Origin: a virus
Lineage: Duplodnaviria > Heunggongvirae > Uroviricota > Caudoviricetes
Virus record (IMG/VR): IMGVR_UViG_3300033067_001661
Coordinates: 1 to 64,000 of that record
DNA length: 64,000 nucleotides
Strand: one strand, 5' to 3'
This document shows, one piece after another, positions 42,024 through 52,001 of this stretch. How positions within the stretch are numbered: position 1 is the stretch's first letter; each line of letters starts with the position of its first letter. Below the pieces are notes generated by a model. It was not told the origin of the DNA and did no database searches. It saw nothing but the letters and a program-made list of their open reading frames with translations. The position numbers were made by a program, and so were the translations under genes.

Positions 42024-42581
42024 ATGGGTAAACTTAACGAAGCAATATGTTATCTCAGCGGCCCTATTGACAAGGCCAAAGACCTTGGAAGAGGTTGGCG
42101 CAAAGAATTCATTGCCAAGACAAGCAACTTGGGAATGCAGATTATTGACCCCTGTAATAAGCCTGCTTCTTTTGTTCATGAAGTCAAAGGCGACGTTCGA
42201 ACCGTCACCAAGATGAGAGAAGAGAAGCAATGGGTTGAGTTACAGAAGTTTGTCAAGAAGTTCCGCAGAGAAGACTTGAGATTCACTGACGTTTCAGACT
42301 TCTTGGTTGTTTATATAGATCCTGACGTTCCTTCCTACGGAACGCTTGACGAGTTGTTTACAGCCGAAGACCAGAAAAAGCCTTGCTTCTGTATTTGCAA
42401 GGGAGGTATCGAGTGCCTTCCAACTTGGCTATTCGGAGTTTTTAGGCTTGAAGAAGTCTTCGGTTCGATTGACGAATGCGTTGCTCACCTTATGAAGATT
42501 GACAATGGCGAGATAAACATAGAAGAGGACCGAAGATGGGTATTGTTCAGAAAAGAACTGAGAAATCAATGTCTTTCCTAA
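42024..42581 (+). CDS. nucleoside 2-deoxyribosyltransferase-like protein
   Basis: YLSGPID...WR...DL...SD...GTLDEL. Confidence 0.75.
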   Translation: MGKLNEAICYLSGPIDKAKDLGRGWRKEFIAKTSNLGMQIIDPCNKPASFVHEVKGDVRTVTKMREEKQWVELQKFVKKFRREDLRFTDVSDFLVVYIDPDVPSYGTLDELFTAEDQKKPCFCICKGGIECLPTWLFGVFRLEEVFGSIDECVAHLMKIDNGEINIEEDRRWVLFRKELRNQCLS

Positions 42582-43468
42582 ATGGTTATCTCCGATGGAT
42601 TGGAGGTAAGTCTAGTATCGCAGAACAAATTCTGCCGAACTTCCCAAACGATATTGATATCTATGTAGAACCTTTTGTTGGTTCTGGTGCTATGTTTTTC
42701 GCCTGGTACAAGAGTCTTGAATATAAGTCTTGCAATATCTTCCATGACAATATAAAGTTTCCAAGCAAAATCGTTCTCTGCGATATAAACAGCCATCTTA
42801 TAAACTGTCACAGAATGGTTAGAGACAACTGCGAAGAAGTCTTGGCAAGGGTTTTGCAACTTCAAGAAAAACATAACGCCCTTGGCGAACACTTCGAATC
42901 AATGTACAAAGATATTAGAAAGACAGTAACAGACGATATAACAAGCTCAAATCAAATCGAACTTGCTGCGCAGTTTATGTATGTCAACAAGACTTGCTTT
43001 AATGGAATTTGGAGAGTAAATAGGGCTGGAAAGAACAACGTTCCTTCTAATAAGAAAACGCATATTAGCTTTAACGAAGAAGCGATTAGAGACGCCTCTA
43101 GAATGCTTAAGAAAGCAGAGATTAGAGAAGTCAACTTCACGAATCTAAACTTTGCTCCATGTAAGGATGTCTTTGTTTACTTAGACCCTCCATATTACCC
43201 AATCTCAAAAACTTCAAGCTTCGCTTCATATAACAAAGAAAGAGAAAATGATGACAAGCTGCTTGAAAAACTAAAGAGATATTGTCAAGAGCTTGACGGT
43301 TGCGGAATAAAATGGGCAATGTCTAATAGCAATGCAAAAGAAGTTCTCGACTCCTTTTCAAACAATCGCATTATCCCCATAAGCGCTCACAGATTCGTTC
43401 GAGCAATTAAGAAAAACAACGAAAGGCGAGAGAAGATAACAGAAACTCTCATACTAGGCAAACAATGA
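42569..43468 (+). CDS. dam: Dam-family DNA adenine methyltransferase
   Basis: RWIGGK, EPFVGSGA, CFNGIWRVN, YLDPPY. Confidence 0.9.
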   Translation: MSFLNGYLRWIGGKSSIAEQILPNFPNDIDIYVEPFVGSGAMFFAWYKSLEYKSCNIFHDNIKFPSKIVLCDINSHLINCHRMVRDNCEEVLARVLQLQEKHNALGEHFESMYKDIRKTVTDDITSSNQIELAAQFMYVNKTCFNGIWRVNRAGKNNVPSNKKTHISFNEEAIRDASRMLKKAEIREVNFTNLNFAPCKDVFVYLDPPYYPISKTSSFASYNKERENDDKLLEKLKRYCQELDGCGIKWAMSNSNAKEVLDSFSNNRIIPISAHRFVRAIKKNNERREKITETLILGKQ

Positions 43469-44205
43469 TATTCAAATACTCAGGAAATAAATGGAAGGTC
43501 TTACAGAAGCTCGGTCTTCAATTACCTTCTCATAAAAGACTAGCTGAACTTTACTTGGGTTCTGGCGCTTTCATACTTAGTAATAAAGGTCCAGCTTTAG
43601 GCATGGACACAAATCCAGATATTGTTGACCTTTGGAAATGGCTTAAAACAGTCAAACCAGAAGAGCTTAGAGAACTTGAGAGGGTTAGACAAGTTCATGT
43701 TGCTGCTGCTAGCAACAACAAGCCTGACGTTAGAAAGATGGGTCTCGATAGAGGCGCTGAACTCTATATGCGAGTCAACGTTACGGGAGTGTATGTAGGT
43801 CAACTAAGTTCTTGGAAAGTTTATCCCAAATGGAAGCTTCCCGTTGAGCAAACGATCTCTCGTCTAGAAAGAGTGAAAGAGATAGACATTAGACTTGGCA
43901 AAGCTCATATAGATTACACGCAAGAAGACGGCGATCTTGTTTTCTTAGATCCGCCGTATGTTGGAACGAAAGGTAACTATAAACAAGGCGCAAAGAAAGG
44001 TATTGAAGAGTCATACAATCCTCAAGACACGATAGACCTTATCTCTAGGCTTTCGTGTCCAATCATTTTGACTTATGGAACAGACGCAAAGACGGCTTTC
44101 CCTCAATATGAATGGCAAGAAGTCCTAAGAAAGAAAGTTCCCCTTATTAGAAAAGGCGGAACCGTTGAACGAATAGAGCATGTTACTTTAATAAACTGGA
44201 AATAA
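43465..44205 (+). CDS. second, divergent D12-class adenine methyltransferase
   Basis: KYSGNK, ELYLGSGA, FLDPPY. Confidence 0.8.
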   Translation: MIFKYSGNKWKVLQKLGLQLPSHKRLAELYLGSGAFILSNKGPALGMDTNPDIVDLWKWLKTVKPEELRELERVRQVHVAAASNNKPDVRKMGLDRGAELYMRVNVTGVYVGQLSSWKVYPKWKLPVEQTISRLERVKEIDIRLGKAHIDYTQEDGDLVFLDPPYVGTKGNYKQGAKKGIEESYNPQDTIDLISRLSCPIILTYGTDAKTAFPQYEWQEVLRKKVPLIRKGGTVERIEHVTLINWK

Positions 44206-44207
44206 CA

Positions 44208-44888
44208 ATGAGTAACGAAGGTATTAACATTTTCGAAAAAGCCATACTTCCTGAGTTTGGAAAGAGATTTCCAAGCCAGCATTACACTTATGATATGTTC
44301 ACAAATCTTGTGCGTCCCAAAGATTCGCAAGACCGCAGAGCCGACGAGCGCTATTGGCAAAAGAAGGCCAAAGCTGGTCAGGAATGCTTCATTATTTGGA
44401 AAGAAATACTATCTAAGTTCGACGGCAATCCAACAAGCGTAAGCAAAGAAACCAATGACTTGTTAGACCGTCTTGAGCAATGGTATAACAATGAATCAGC
44501 AAAGGGTTTGATAAGAAATCCGAACTCTCAAGGTTCTAATGCGCCTTTCAAAATGGCTCCTGATTTGGACTTTCTGAATAGAGTCTGTCCCGAATATGCG
44601 CCGTGGGATACTAAGTCTTTCAGAAGCCTTATGATACCAGACAAGGCTGACAATCCAGTTGTTACTTCTATGAAGAAGGCCTTTTCTGAAGGCTATAGAA
44701 GCCGTAACGAGCAATCGCTATCATTGTGGTCAAAAGACAGAAAGTTCTATTTCATGAATAGAGACCGCATTATCAAGCTGCTAACTAGCAAGGGAATCGA
44801 CCCCAACAACAAAGACGTTGCGCGTTCGTTATTGAAGTTTTCTGACAACTACAATGAATCGCTTAGAAAAGAGCTTGATGTATTATGA
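44208..44888 (+). CDS. hypothetical protein
   Basis: 226-aa ORF in an operon. Confidence 0.7.
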   Translation: MSNEGINIFEKAILPEFGKRFPSQHYTYDMFTNLVRPKDSQDRRADERYWQKKAKAGQECFIIWKEILSKFDGNPTSVSKETNDLLDRLEQWYNNESAKGLIRNPNSQGSNAPFKMAPDLDFLNRVCPEYAPWDTKSFRSLMIPDKADNPVVTSMKKAFSEGYRSRNEQSLSLWSKDRKFYFMNRDRIIKLLTSKGIDPNNKDVARSLLKFSDNYNESLRKELDVL

Positions 44889-44947
44889 AGAAAATCTGGG
44901 ACAAAATCAAATATCATCCCATTATTGAGTTTTGGCCGTTTTGGTTC

Positions 44948-45307
44948 TTACCAACCATTATTATTCTGGGTTGGGTCTTGACCACCTTGGGGTTCTAATC
45001 CCTGGTCAATAGGCGGCATTTGAAGAGGGTCAGGAACCTGCTCAAAATCTTGGGTTCTATTGTTCAGTATTTGAATAAGCTCTTGCTGTGTAGGCGTAAG
45101 CATACCGCCCTGCTCTCGCATAACGATAGCAGACGCTGTACTAACTGCTCCCATAAGAACCATTTGATTGTCTGCGCCTTGCATTTGATGAGATATGTCG
45201 TCATTAGCGCTTGCTGAATCAAGTCCATTTCTTGCGTTTCGTAGCCATGCTACTATAACGCCTGTTATGTCATTACCAAGTGCTGCTATTTTGTACCAAC
45301 TACTCAT
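44948..45307 (-). CDS. hypothetical protein, MSSWYKIAA N-terminus
   Basis: 119-aa ORF. Confidence 0.7.
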   Translation of the reverse strand: MSSWYKIAALGNDITGVIVAWLRNARNGLDSASANDDISHQMQGADNQMVLMGAVSTASAIVMREQGGMLTPTQQELIQILNNRTQDFEQVPDPLQMPPIDQGLEPQGGQDPTQNNNGW

Positions 45308-45663
45308 TTTTGCTTTCTATATCCCATCTTCCAAAGAGCTTTTGATAAATCTCTTCCTACTTCGCTAACAACTTCTTCGTCTAAATCCCAGAAACAAGCA
45401 TGCAACATCTCATGGATAAGTATTTCAAGCTCTTCATCATTTTCCAACATCTTATGTATCTTGATTAGTCTATTTGTAAACTTAGGGTCAGTACAATATC
45501 CCCAAAGATCAGAACCAACCTTACCAGTCTTCTGGATCTTGTACTTCTTTCCCCTTAGTTTAACAACATGCTGCTTCTTGCTCTTTGTTGCCTTCTTCTT
45601 GGCGACAGAACAACTATTCTTTTTAGGAGCCTTTTGGCGAGTTGTCTTGCGAGCCTTTTTCAT
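45304..45663 (-). CDS. small HExxH zincin-like protein
   Basis: ILIHEMLHA. Confidence 0.75.
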   Translation of the reverse strand: MKKARKTTRQKAPKKNSCSVAKKKATKSKKQHVVKLRGKKYKIQKTGKVGSDLWGYCTDPKFTNRLIKIHKMLENDEELEILIHEMLHACFWDLDEEVVSEVGRDLSKALWKMGYRKQK

Positions 45664-45706
45664 ACCCTACCAATTCAATCTGTAAGGGTATGCTCCTTTC
45701 TTATTT

Positions 45707-46630
45707 TCAGTATCTAAATCTTCTTAACCAGTTTCCAAAATTTGTATTTGCCAAAACTTCATCTACAGTAGCATTTGCGCTTATAGAATGATAATTAATA
45801 GCACAAATTAGTCTTTCTGAATAATCTTGATTGTGCCTAAAATCAAAAATATGAGTAAGCATATTAGGATTCCTGCTACAGTCTAAAACCGCCGCAGAGC
45901 CACTGTGAAAGCTTCTTGTAAACGCAGCAACTGGAATTCCCATGTATAAAGCTTTATACATCATACTGCTTGAGTTTAATACCAAAGCCCCGCATCTTGC
46001 CAAACTATCAAAAGGATCGTCTATAAAGTCGATTTCCCAGCTTGGATTACGTTCGCAGAAGGGCGCATAGAATTCTTGCATCTTTTGACGGTCTCTAGGA
46101 TGCCCTCGTATAATAACTTTTGTGTTTTTAGGAAGATACTTCTCACAATTCTTGAGCAAAATAGTATCTTCATGTTTACGAGCTTGTAAAGCCGCCATTA
46201 CTATTTTATCTTTTGATACTTTTTCGGGTTGTTTCCAACCGTTATTAGCGAGCTTAACATAAACTTCATCAATATAACTTTGAGGAAACTTCCTAACATT
46301 TTCTCTCAAAGCAACGATATTAGAATTTTGTCCATATCCATTATCATCAAGATAATAGGACTTGCCTCTATCAAGAAGTCCATTCTCTAAGAACAAGATA
46401 TTGACTTTTCTTTTCTGTTCTGCTTCAGACGGAGAAAAGCAAACCCATGCAATCGAGTTTTTCTTTTGCTGTATAGCTTCGAAATGCTTTGAAGCAGAAG
46501 TATTAACTCCATCAACAAATGGAATCTGGTCTAAAAATATGTCAAATGAATGACAAGCCAAACCAAATGATTGAACAAGTTTGGTCTTGAGAACTCCAGG
46601 CCAAGATATAACCGAAGCCGTACCAATCAT
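45707..46630 (-). CDS. KpsC/KpsS-like capsule glycosyltransferase
   Basis: FLENG...IRGHP...VLNSSSM...LYMGIPV. Confidence 0.65.
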   Translation of the reverse strand: MIGTASVISWPGVLKTKLVQSFGLACHSFDIFLDQIPFVDGVNTSASKHFEAIQQKKNSIAWVCFSPSEAEQKRKVNILFLENGLLDRGKSYYLDDNGYGQNSNIVALRENVRKFPQSYIDEVYVKLANNGWKQPEKVSKDKIVMAALQARKHEDTILLKNCEKYLPKNTKVIIRGHPRDRQKMQEFYAPFCERNPSWEIDFIDDPFDSLARCGALVLNSSSMMYKALYMGIPVAAFTRSFHSGSAAVLDCSRNPNMLTHIFDFRHNQDYSERLICAINYHSISANATVDEVLANTNFGNWLRRFRY

Positions 46631-48126
46631 GATTCGGATGAGAAACTTGTTGCGGCTTTGAAGTTATTAGAAACCTCAATACTCTTGATGCATCTGCACT
46701 CAAAGCCTTTACTAATCAAGTATTTTGAAACGTCTGACATTGAGTTTATCGAATCTTTCATATCAAGCAAAAGATGAGCGGCCTTTGCCGGTAAAATAGT
46801 TATGCCGCCATGCAAAGCAGATATGAGAGGGATATCAAGAACAGAATCCTTACTCTGACTTAGATTTGGTCTTATACCGTAATCGTCTTCAAGCTCTCCA
46901 TATGAAACGGCTATCTTATTATCTTCATAATCCTTGCCAGCCGTACAAAAGAATGCATTAGGGAACTCAATAGACGCCGCTATTGCTCTTTCAATATAAA
47001 GCTTAGGAACTTTGATATGACCATCAACAAGAATGATTAGTTTACCAGAAGTTTTCTTGAAAGCGTTCCTTATTGACTCAAGATAAGTAGCACCGGCAGG
47101 AGCGAAGCGAATACCATCAATCTTAGATAATAACTTCTTTTCTGCTTCATGGAGCCTAAAGTCTGAAACAATTGTCTCAGATGGAGCAATCTTTCTTGGG
47201 ATTATAACTCTTAATGTTGAATCATAAACAGAACCAAGCGAGTTTGGAATCACAATAACAGAAGTTGTTGGTATCTCGACCTTTCCAACTCCTCCAAACT
47301 TTTCAACTTTACTTGTTGCCTCAGGATAGTCTTTTACAATCCTTGATATGATTCTACCATATAGTTCTGAGGATACTGGCTTTTCTCCGCCAGCATGAGC
47401 ATATTTTGTTCTTACAACTTGATTCATGCTTACCAAAAATCTTGGCGCGAAATTCATTTCCTTTGCAAGCATAACAGAGACGTACTGATCTAAAGTATCC
47501 TGCGGAACCCATTGCAAAGCCGGTTTTGCAGAGAAGAAATTATCAAAGTTCTCTTGATTAAGAGAAATGATATCGAAGATTGTCTGAGAGAACCTATTGA
47601 AGTATTCAAAATTACTTCCACCTATAACGCCAAGGGTTGCAAAGTTATGCTCTTTCTTGGCCTTGTAGTTATTCCACCAAGACGGGACATCAAACTCTGA
47701 AAATAACTCTGGTCTACATGGAATCTCTGGAGCTTTTTCAATAGAACGATAAAACTGTCTTTCAAATAAGACTCCGCTTCCAAATAATTCTTGAGGTATT
47801 ACATCAAACAAGTAAGCGTCATAATCAAGATGAATAAACGGTTCTTTCTGTATACCAAGCGTATAAGTTCTTCCAAGAGAAAAGAATCTAGGATTCTTAC
47901 CCTTCAAATCATTAAGAGAAAGATCCACGCTTGCAAAGTCAAGACCCAATTGATCTACAAGGAAATTCTTACCCGCATCGTCTGTATAAAGATGAGGCTT
48001 ACCATAAGTCTTGGTTACAGCTTCTACAGAAAGTATCCATGACATATTCCATGCAGCAGGATTCACCCATCTACGATGGAAACCTCTTATATACGGCTCT
48101 GACCAAAAAGACATTATCGGTTTCAT
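46627..48126 (-). CDS. DUF6734-like glycosyltransferase fused to a degenerate GT2-like domain
   Basis: LYTDD...QKEPFIHLDYD; C-half GKLIILVDGH. Confidence 0.6.
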   Translation of the reverse strand: MKPIMSFWSEPYIRGFHRRWVNPAAWNMSWILSVEAVTKTYGKPHLYTDDAGKNFLVDQLGLDFASVDLSLNDLKGKNPRFFSLGRTYTLGIQKEPFIHLDYDAYLFDVIPQELFGSGVLFERQFYRSIEKAPEIPCRPELFSEFDVPSWWNNYKAKKEHNFATLGVIGGSNFEYFNRFSQTIFDIISLNQENFDNFFSAKPALQWVPQDTLDQYVSVMLAKEMNFAPRFLVSMNQVVRTKYAHAGGEKPVSSELYGRIISRIVKDYPEATSKVEKFGGVGKVEIPTTSVIVIPNSLGSVYDSTLRVIIPRKIAPSETIVSDFRLHEAEKKLLSKIDGIRFAPAGATYLESIRNAFKKTSGKLIILVDGHIKVPKLYIERAIAASIEFPNAFFCTAGKDYEDNKIAVSYGELEDDYGIRPNLSQSKDSVLDIPLISALHGGITILPAKAAHLLLDMKDSINSMSDVSKYLISKGFECRCIKSIEVSNNFKAATSFSSES

Positions 48127-48135
48127 ATACTACCT

Positions 48136-50019
48136 TTATAACTGCTCTGTTGTTCCGCTCATATATGACTGATCAAAATGAGTATTAAAAGCTGTTGTTG
48201 TTCCAGTTTTTGTTGATGGAATATCTTGCGCATTGTGAACAACAAATTCATCTGCAATAAAGCTATGAATATCTTTGACAGTCAAATTGAATGTCTCAAC
48301 TACTCCTAAAACAAGTTCAATACTTGTTATTTCTACTTCGTTCTGTTGTTCGTCAAGCATCTTGAATCCAGCTTGAAGAGCCTGCGCCTCAACATACCTC
48401 CATTGATTCGCAAATCTAACAAAGAAGGGATGCTCATGAGTTACTCTAATCTTATTATTGATAACATAGTGTTGTTTTTCTGAACCTTTTCTTGCGTTCA
48501 GAACTTTTCCATTCTTAAAGAACTGCCCATCTCTTGAAGAGAAGTTCGCGGAGAGATATTGTTCCTTTATCAAGGGAAGTTCAGGTATGTAATAACCCAA
48601 AACTTCTTCGCCTTCGATAACGGTTTCAATAGGCTTCTTAGAGCCGTCGCTCATAGTAATCAGTGTTCCTGCTAAGAAACATCCAGAAGGAGAAAGAGAA
48701 ATAGGCGGAGGTGGAGGAGGTGGAGGGCTTCCAGGCGGAGGGCTTCCAGGCGGAGGGCTTCCCGGAGGAGGGCTTCCCGGAGGAGGACTTCCCGGAGGAG
48801 GACTTCCCGGAGGAGGACTTCCCGGAGGAGGACTTCCCGGAGGAGGAGATATAATAATCGACGGCGACGGAGGCGGCGGCGGCGGTGAAGGGCTTGGAGA
48901 AGGCAATGGCGGGGGCGAAGGAGACGCAATAGGCGACGGAGATAACGACGCTGGCGGCGGTGACCCTCCAGGCGACGGAGAAATTCCAGGCGATGGAGAA
49001 GGCGACGGAGAAGCCCCAGGCGACGGAGAGGCTCCAGGCGACGGAGAAGGTGGTGGAGGAGGAGGGGAAATGGGCGGAGGGGAAAGGCAATGGCCTTCGT
49101 CGCCACCAGCCGTATTTACAACCTGACAAGTTCCATTACCATCAAGATAGTAAATATGAACCCACCAAGCAGTTCCTGAACCGCCATCGCAATTTGGAAT
49201 AACAACAAGCTGCGGCGGCAAATCAGAAGGATTAACGTCAACTATAACGTCTCCATTGCAACCGCAACATCCTGAATCAAACAAGATATGAAACGGATCA
49301 ACTCCATATGGATAAGGAGGAGGACCGCCTCCAAAGTTGCATAAGTTTGTCGTAATATCATTCGGATCAGCTAAAGCAGACAACACTATAACATGGTCTT
49401 TAACTGAGTATGTTTCATATTGAATTCTAATTTGAGTTTGATCTATAATTGGAGTGCAATCAAGAGAAGGCGGAGGATTACACCCGTCATCATGAGGATA
49501 TGGAATGTACATCTTACCATGAAGATATCTAAGGATATTTAAGGCATAGATAAGCTCATTAATTCGACTACCTATGTCTTTAGCAAACTCGATTATATTT
49601 GCGGAAGCAAACGGGTCTGGAGGCGGAGTAAAATCAACTCCATTTGGAGCTATAGCTGATACGCCAATAATAGGCAAACCGCCGCTATAATGGAAAAATC
49701 CAACATAAACATCGCAATCAGGAAGCTTGCCATATTCTTCTATGATATTACCATAAACAAACTCTCTAATAGCGTCTTGAAATCTTTCTATAGAATCAAT
49801 GAGGCCAGTTGGACTGGTTGTATCATAGGATTCAACGTTGATAAATGCATTTTCTGGAATTGAAAAACCAACCGAAATTCCAGCCTGCCTCATGCGGATA
49901 GCTTCTGCTACCTGCGAAAAAATAGTATCAAAGTCCGCAAACTGAAATGTCTGCGGAACATAGTTTGATACCTTCTTGAAAGAAGTCACATATTGAGATA
50001 AGTCAAATGGATCTGGCAT
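48136..50019 (-). CDS. probable virion protein with Pro/Ser-rich linker and C-terminal Hint domain
   Basis: GCFLAGTLITMSDG...THEHPF...FNLTV...FVVHN. Confidence 0.85.
   Translation of the reverse strand: MPDPFDLSQYVTSFKKVSNYVPQTFQFADFDTIFSQVAEAIRMRQAGISVGFSIPENAFINVESYDTTSPTGLIDSIERFQDAIREFVYGNIIEEYGKLPDCDVYVGFFHYSGGLPIIGVSAIAPNGVDFTPPPDPFASANIIEFAKDIGSRINELIYALNILRYLHGKMYIPYPHDDGCNPPPSLDCTPIIDQTQIRIQYETYSVKDHVIVLSALADPNDITTNLCNFGGGPPPYPYGVDPFHILFDSGCCGCNGDVIVDVNPSDLPPQLVVIPNCDGGSGTAWWVHIYYLDGNGTCQVVNTAGGDEGHCLSPPPISPPPPPPSPSPGASPSPGASPSPSPSPGISPSPGGSPPPASLSPSPIASPSPPPLPSPSPSPPPPPPSPSIIISPPPGSPPPGSPPPGSPPPGSPPPGSPPPGSPPPGSPPPGSPPPPPPPPISLSPSGCFLAGTLITMSDGSKKPIETVIEGEEVLGYYIPELPLIKEQYLSANFSSRDGQFFKNGKVLNARKGSEKQHYVINNKIRVTHEHPFFVRFANQWRYVEAQALQAGFKMLDEQQNEVEITSIELVLGVVETFNLTVKDIHSFIADEFVVHNAQDIPSTKTGTTTAFNTHFDQSYMSGTTEQL
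48728..48849 (-). repeat. 15-bp tandem repeat x8 encoding SPPPG
   Basis: cttcc[ac]gg[ac]ggagg[ga] units. Confidence 0.95.
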
Positions 50020-50071
50020 GGTTTATTTTCTCATCGGTTCAAAAAGCGATTCGCAATCAAGCTGCACAACA

Positions 50072-51991
50072 TTATCTCCAATCAACATAAGGACCAAAAA
50101 GAGTTGAAAGATATTGTAATACTGGTGGCGGCGAAGAGGCCATAACTCCAACTGAAGTAACAACCATTCCAGGATTAGCCGACAGTAGTTGAGCAAAGCT
50201 CGTTCCAACAGTAAACGGGAAGTTTGCATCTTGTCCGCAATCGTCGAACGTTCCGTCTGAAAGAATGAAAACATTCTTCAAGTCATTAAACTCTGTATGC
50301 AGATTCGAAATAGCAGAACAGAAGTTTGTTGAAACTCCTGACGGTATAAAGAATGTTTCAAGATAAGAGATTATTTCATTTGCGTCCGAATATGTTTTAA
50401 GCTCTTTGCTTATTCTAATCGGGCTTCTATCGTTGAATCCAATAATCGTAATCTTGTCATTATATCTGACATAAGATTGCATCATTCCTCTGAAAGCGTC
50501 AATAATCATACTGATTCTTTGACCAGACATAGAAGCACTAATATCAACCAAGAACAACCAATGAGAACGACCAAGAACAAACGGGAATGGTGAAACCCTT
50601 GTATCTTCTCCGTTTATCGTTGTTGTTGAACCTATCGGAGAGGCAGACAAAGTATAACCCGTATCAACTGGAGTTACAGCGTCTATGTTAACTCTAAAGA
50701 GTTGACCGGCAGGATTGCTTGTATAAAGAACTTGTCCAGTAAGAGTATTGTCAGGGTCTTCAACAAACGCAAGAGTTTCAAGTCCTGCAAAGAGATTGTT
50801 GGTTGGAGAAACAGGTGTTATGTCTCCAGTGACGCCTATATTTGCTAACGAATCATTTAGCATACAATAGGCCTGTAAAGAAGAAGAATAAGTTGATGGG
50901 TATGCCAATCCTCCAATACGATATGATCCAGAAAAAGTTGCATTTATAAGAGAATGAGATAAATACTTAACTCCCGTTCTTTCCGAATATTCCATTCTAA
51001 TATACGAAGGTTGAGAACGTATCCCAATCTGGGTATTTATATGTACTGGATGAAAAAGGTACAAAGAAGCATCATAAATATTGTATTCAATTTTAGGACT
51101 ATATCCATCAAGGGCATTAGAAGGTATTGTAAAATTACAAGAATTGTCGCTAGAGAAAATACAAACGTTCTGTCCAAGATTGCCCCTATCAAATGTAGCA
51201 ACTTCGCCCAATCTTGCGCTTGAAGTTAGAGATCCAGGATAAAGCCTTCTTATGCCATCATTTGTTAAAACAAGCAACGTATTGTCAATAGGTATCCAAG
51301 TTATATCATACAACATGATATTTGGAGATATTGAAACATCAATATTACCTCTAAAAACTAACGCTCCAGAAAGCAATGCAAAATCATAAGAATACAAGGA
51401 ATATGTTGCTTCGCCGGTATTCTGATCTATAACTCTAGTAAGATACCAAATTCTTGTTGCTCTTCCAATGACGCCAGGCTGAGGAAGATCTGTACTTGGA
51501 ATAGAAAGCTCAACTTCGCAACATCCTATTTGTGTATACAATGGAATTTGTGGATACCTAAAGACATTGCCGCTAAGATCGTTTGTTATGGTTTCATAAG
51601 CAAATGTATCATATCTATTCGGCGCTTGAGCTTCGCAATTTGCATTATAACCGGCTGTTCTTATGAATTCGAATATTCTTCTATTGTTTAGATTGATAGC
51701 GTCTTGATAGGTTTCAACATCGACAATTGAATCCGAAAGCGCCGAGGCAGAAGGCATCATAACAAAGTAGCCTGGCGATCTTGACCTGTCAAATGAGCGA
51801 ACAGGAACTTCAACAGGGTAGCAACCAACAAAATAAGAAGAATACGCCAAAACTGAACGAGGATTAGCATTATCAGCAGGGTCGTTTGGGTCTACGCTTG
51901 TTATGGTCGTTAGTGTATCGCCACTCTCTCTATCCTTGATATTAAGAGTACAATGCCACCATTTTCTTTTTCCAATTGATTCACCAGGCAT
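50072..51991 (-). CDS. probable virion protein, beta-rich N-part plus C-terminal VWA
   Basis: FLVDISASM...TNF...ILSDG. Confidence 0.75.
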   Translation of the reverse strand: MPGESIGKRKWWHCTLNIKDRESGDTLTTITSVDPNDPADNANPRSVLAYSSYFVGCYPVEVPVRSFDRSRSPGYFVMMPSASALSDSIVDVETYQDAINLNNRRIFEFIRTAGYNANCEAQAPNRYDTFAYETITNDLSGNVFRYPQIPLYTQIGCCEVELSIPSTDLPQPGVIGRATRIWYLTRVIDQNTGEATYSLYSYDFALLSGALVFRGNIDVSISPNIMLYDITWIPIDNTLLVLTNDGIRRLYPGSLTSSARLGEVATFDRGNLGQNVCIFSSDNSCNFTIPSNALDGYSPKIEYNIYDASLYLFHPVHINTQIGIRSQPSYIRMEYSERTGVKYLSHSLINATFSGSYRIGGLAYPSTYSSSLQAYCMLNDSLANIGVTGDITPVSPTNNLFAGLETLAFVEDPDNTLTGQVLYTSNPAGQLFRVNIDAVTPVDTGYTLSASPIGSTTTINGEDTRVSPFPFVLGRSHWLFLVDISASMSGQRISMIIDAFRGMMQSYVRYNDKITIIGFNDRSPIRISKELKTYSDANEIISYLETFFIPSGVSTNFCSAISNLHTEFNDLKNVFILSDGTFDDCGQDANFPFTVGTSFAQLLSANPGMVVTSVGVMASSPPPVLQYLSTLFGPYVDWR

Positions 51992-52001
51992 TCTTTAGTC
52001 C

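Noticed and set aside
48136-48681. Canonical intein
   Set aside because: The residue after the terminal HN is Ala and no endonuclease domain is present; treated as a Hint/BIL-type cleavage domain.
48638-49202. Alternative-frame ORFs with LLREV or SSGK repeats
   Set aside because: They are by-products of the 15-bp SPPPG repeat.
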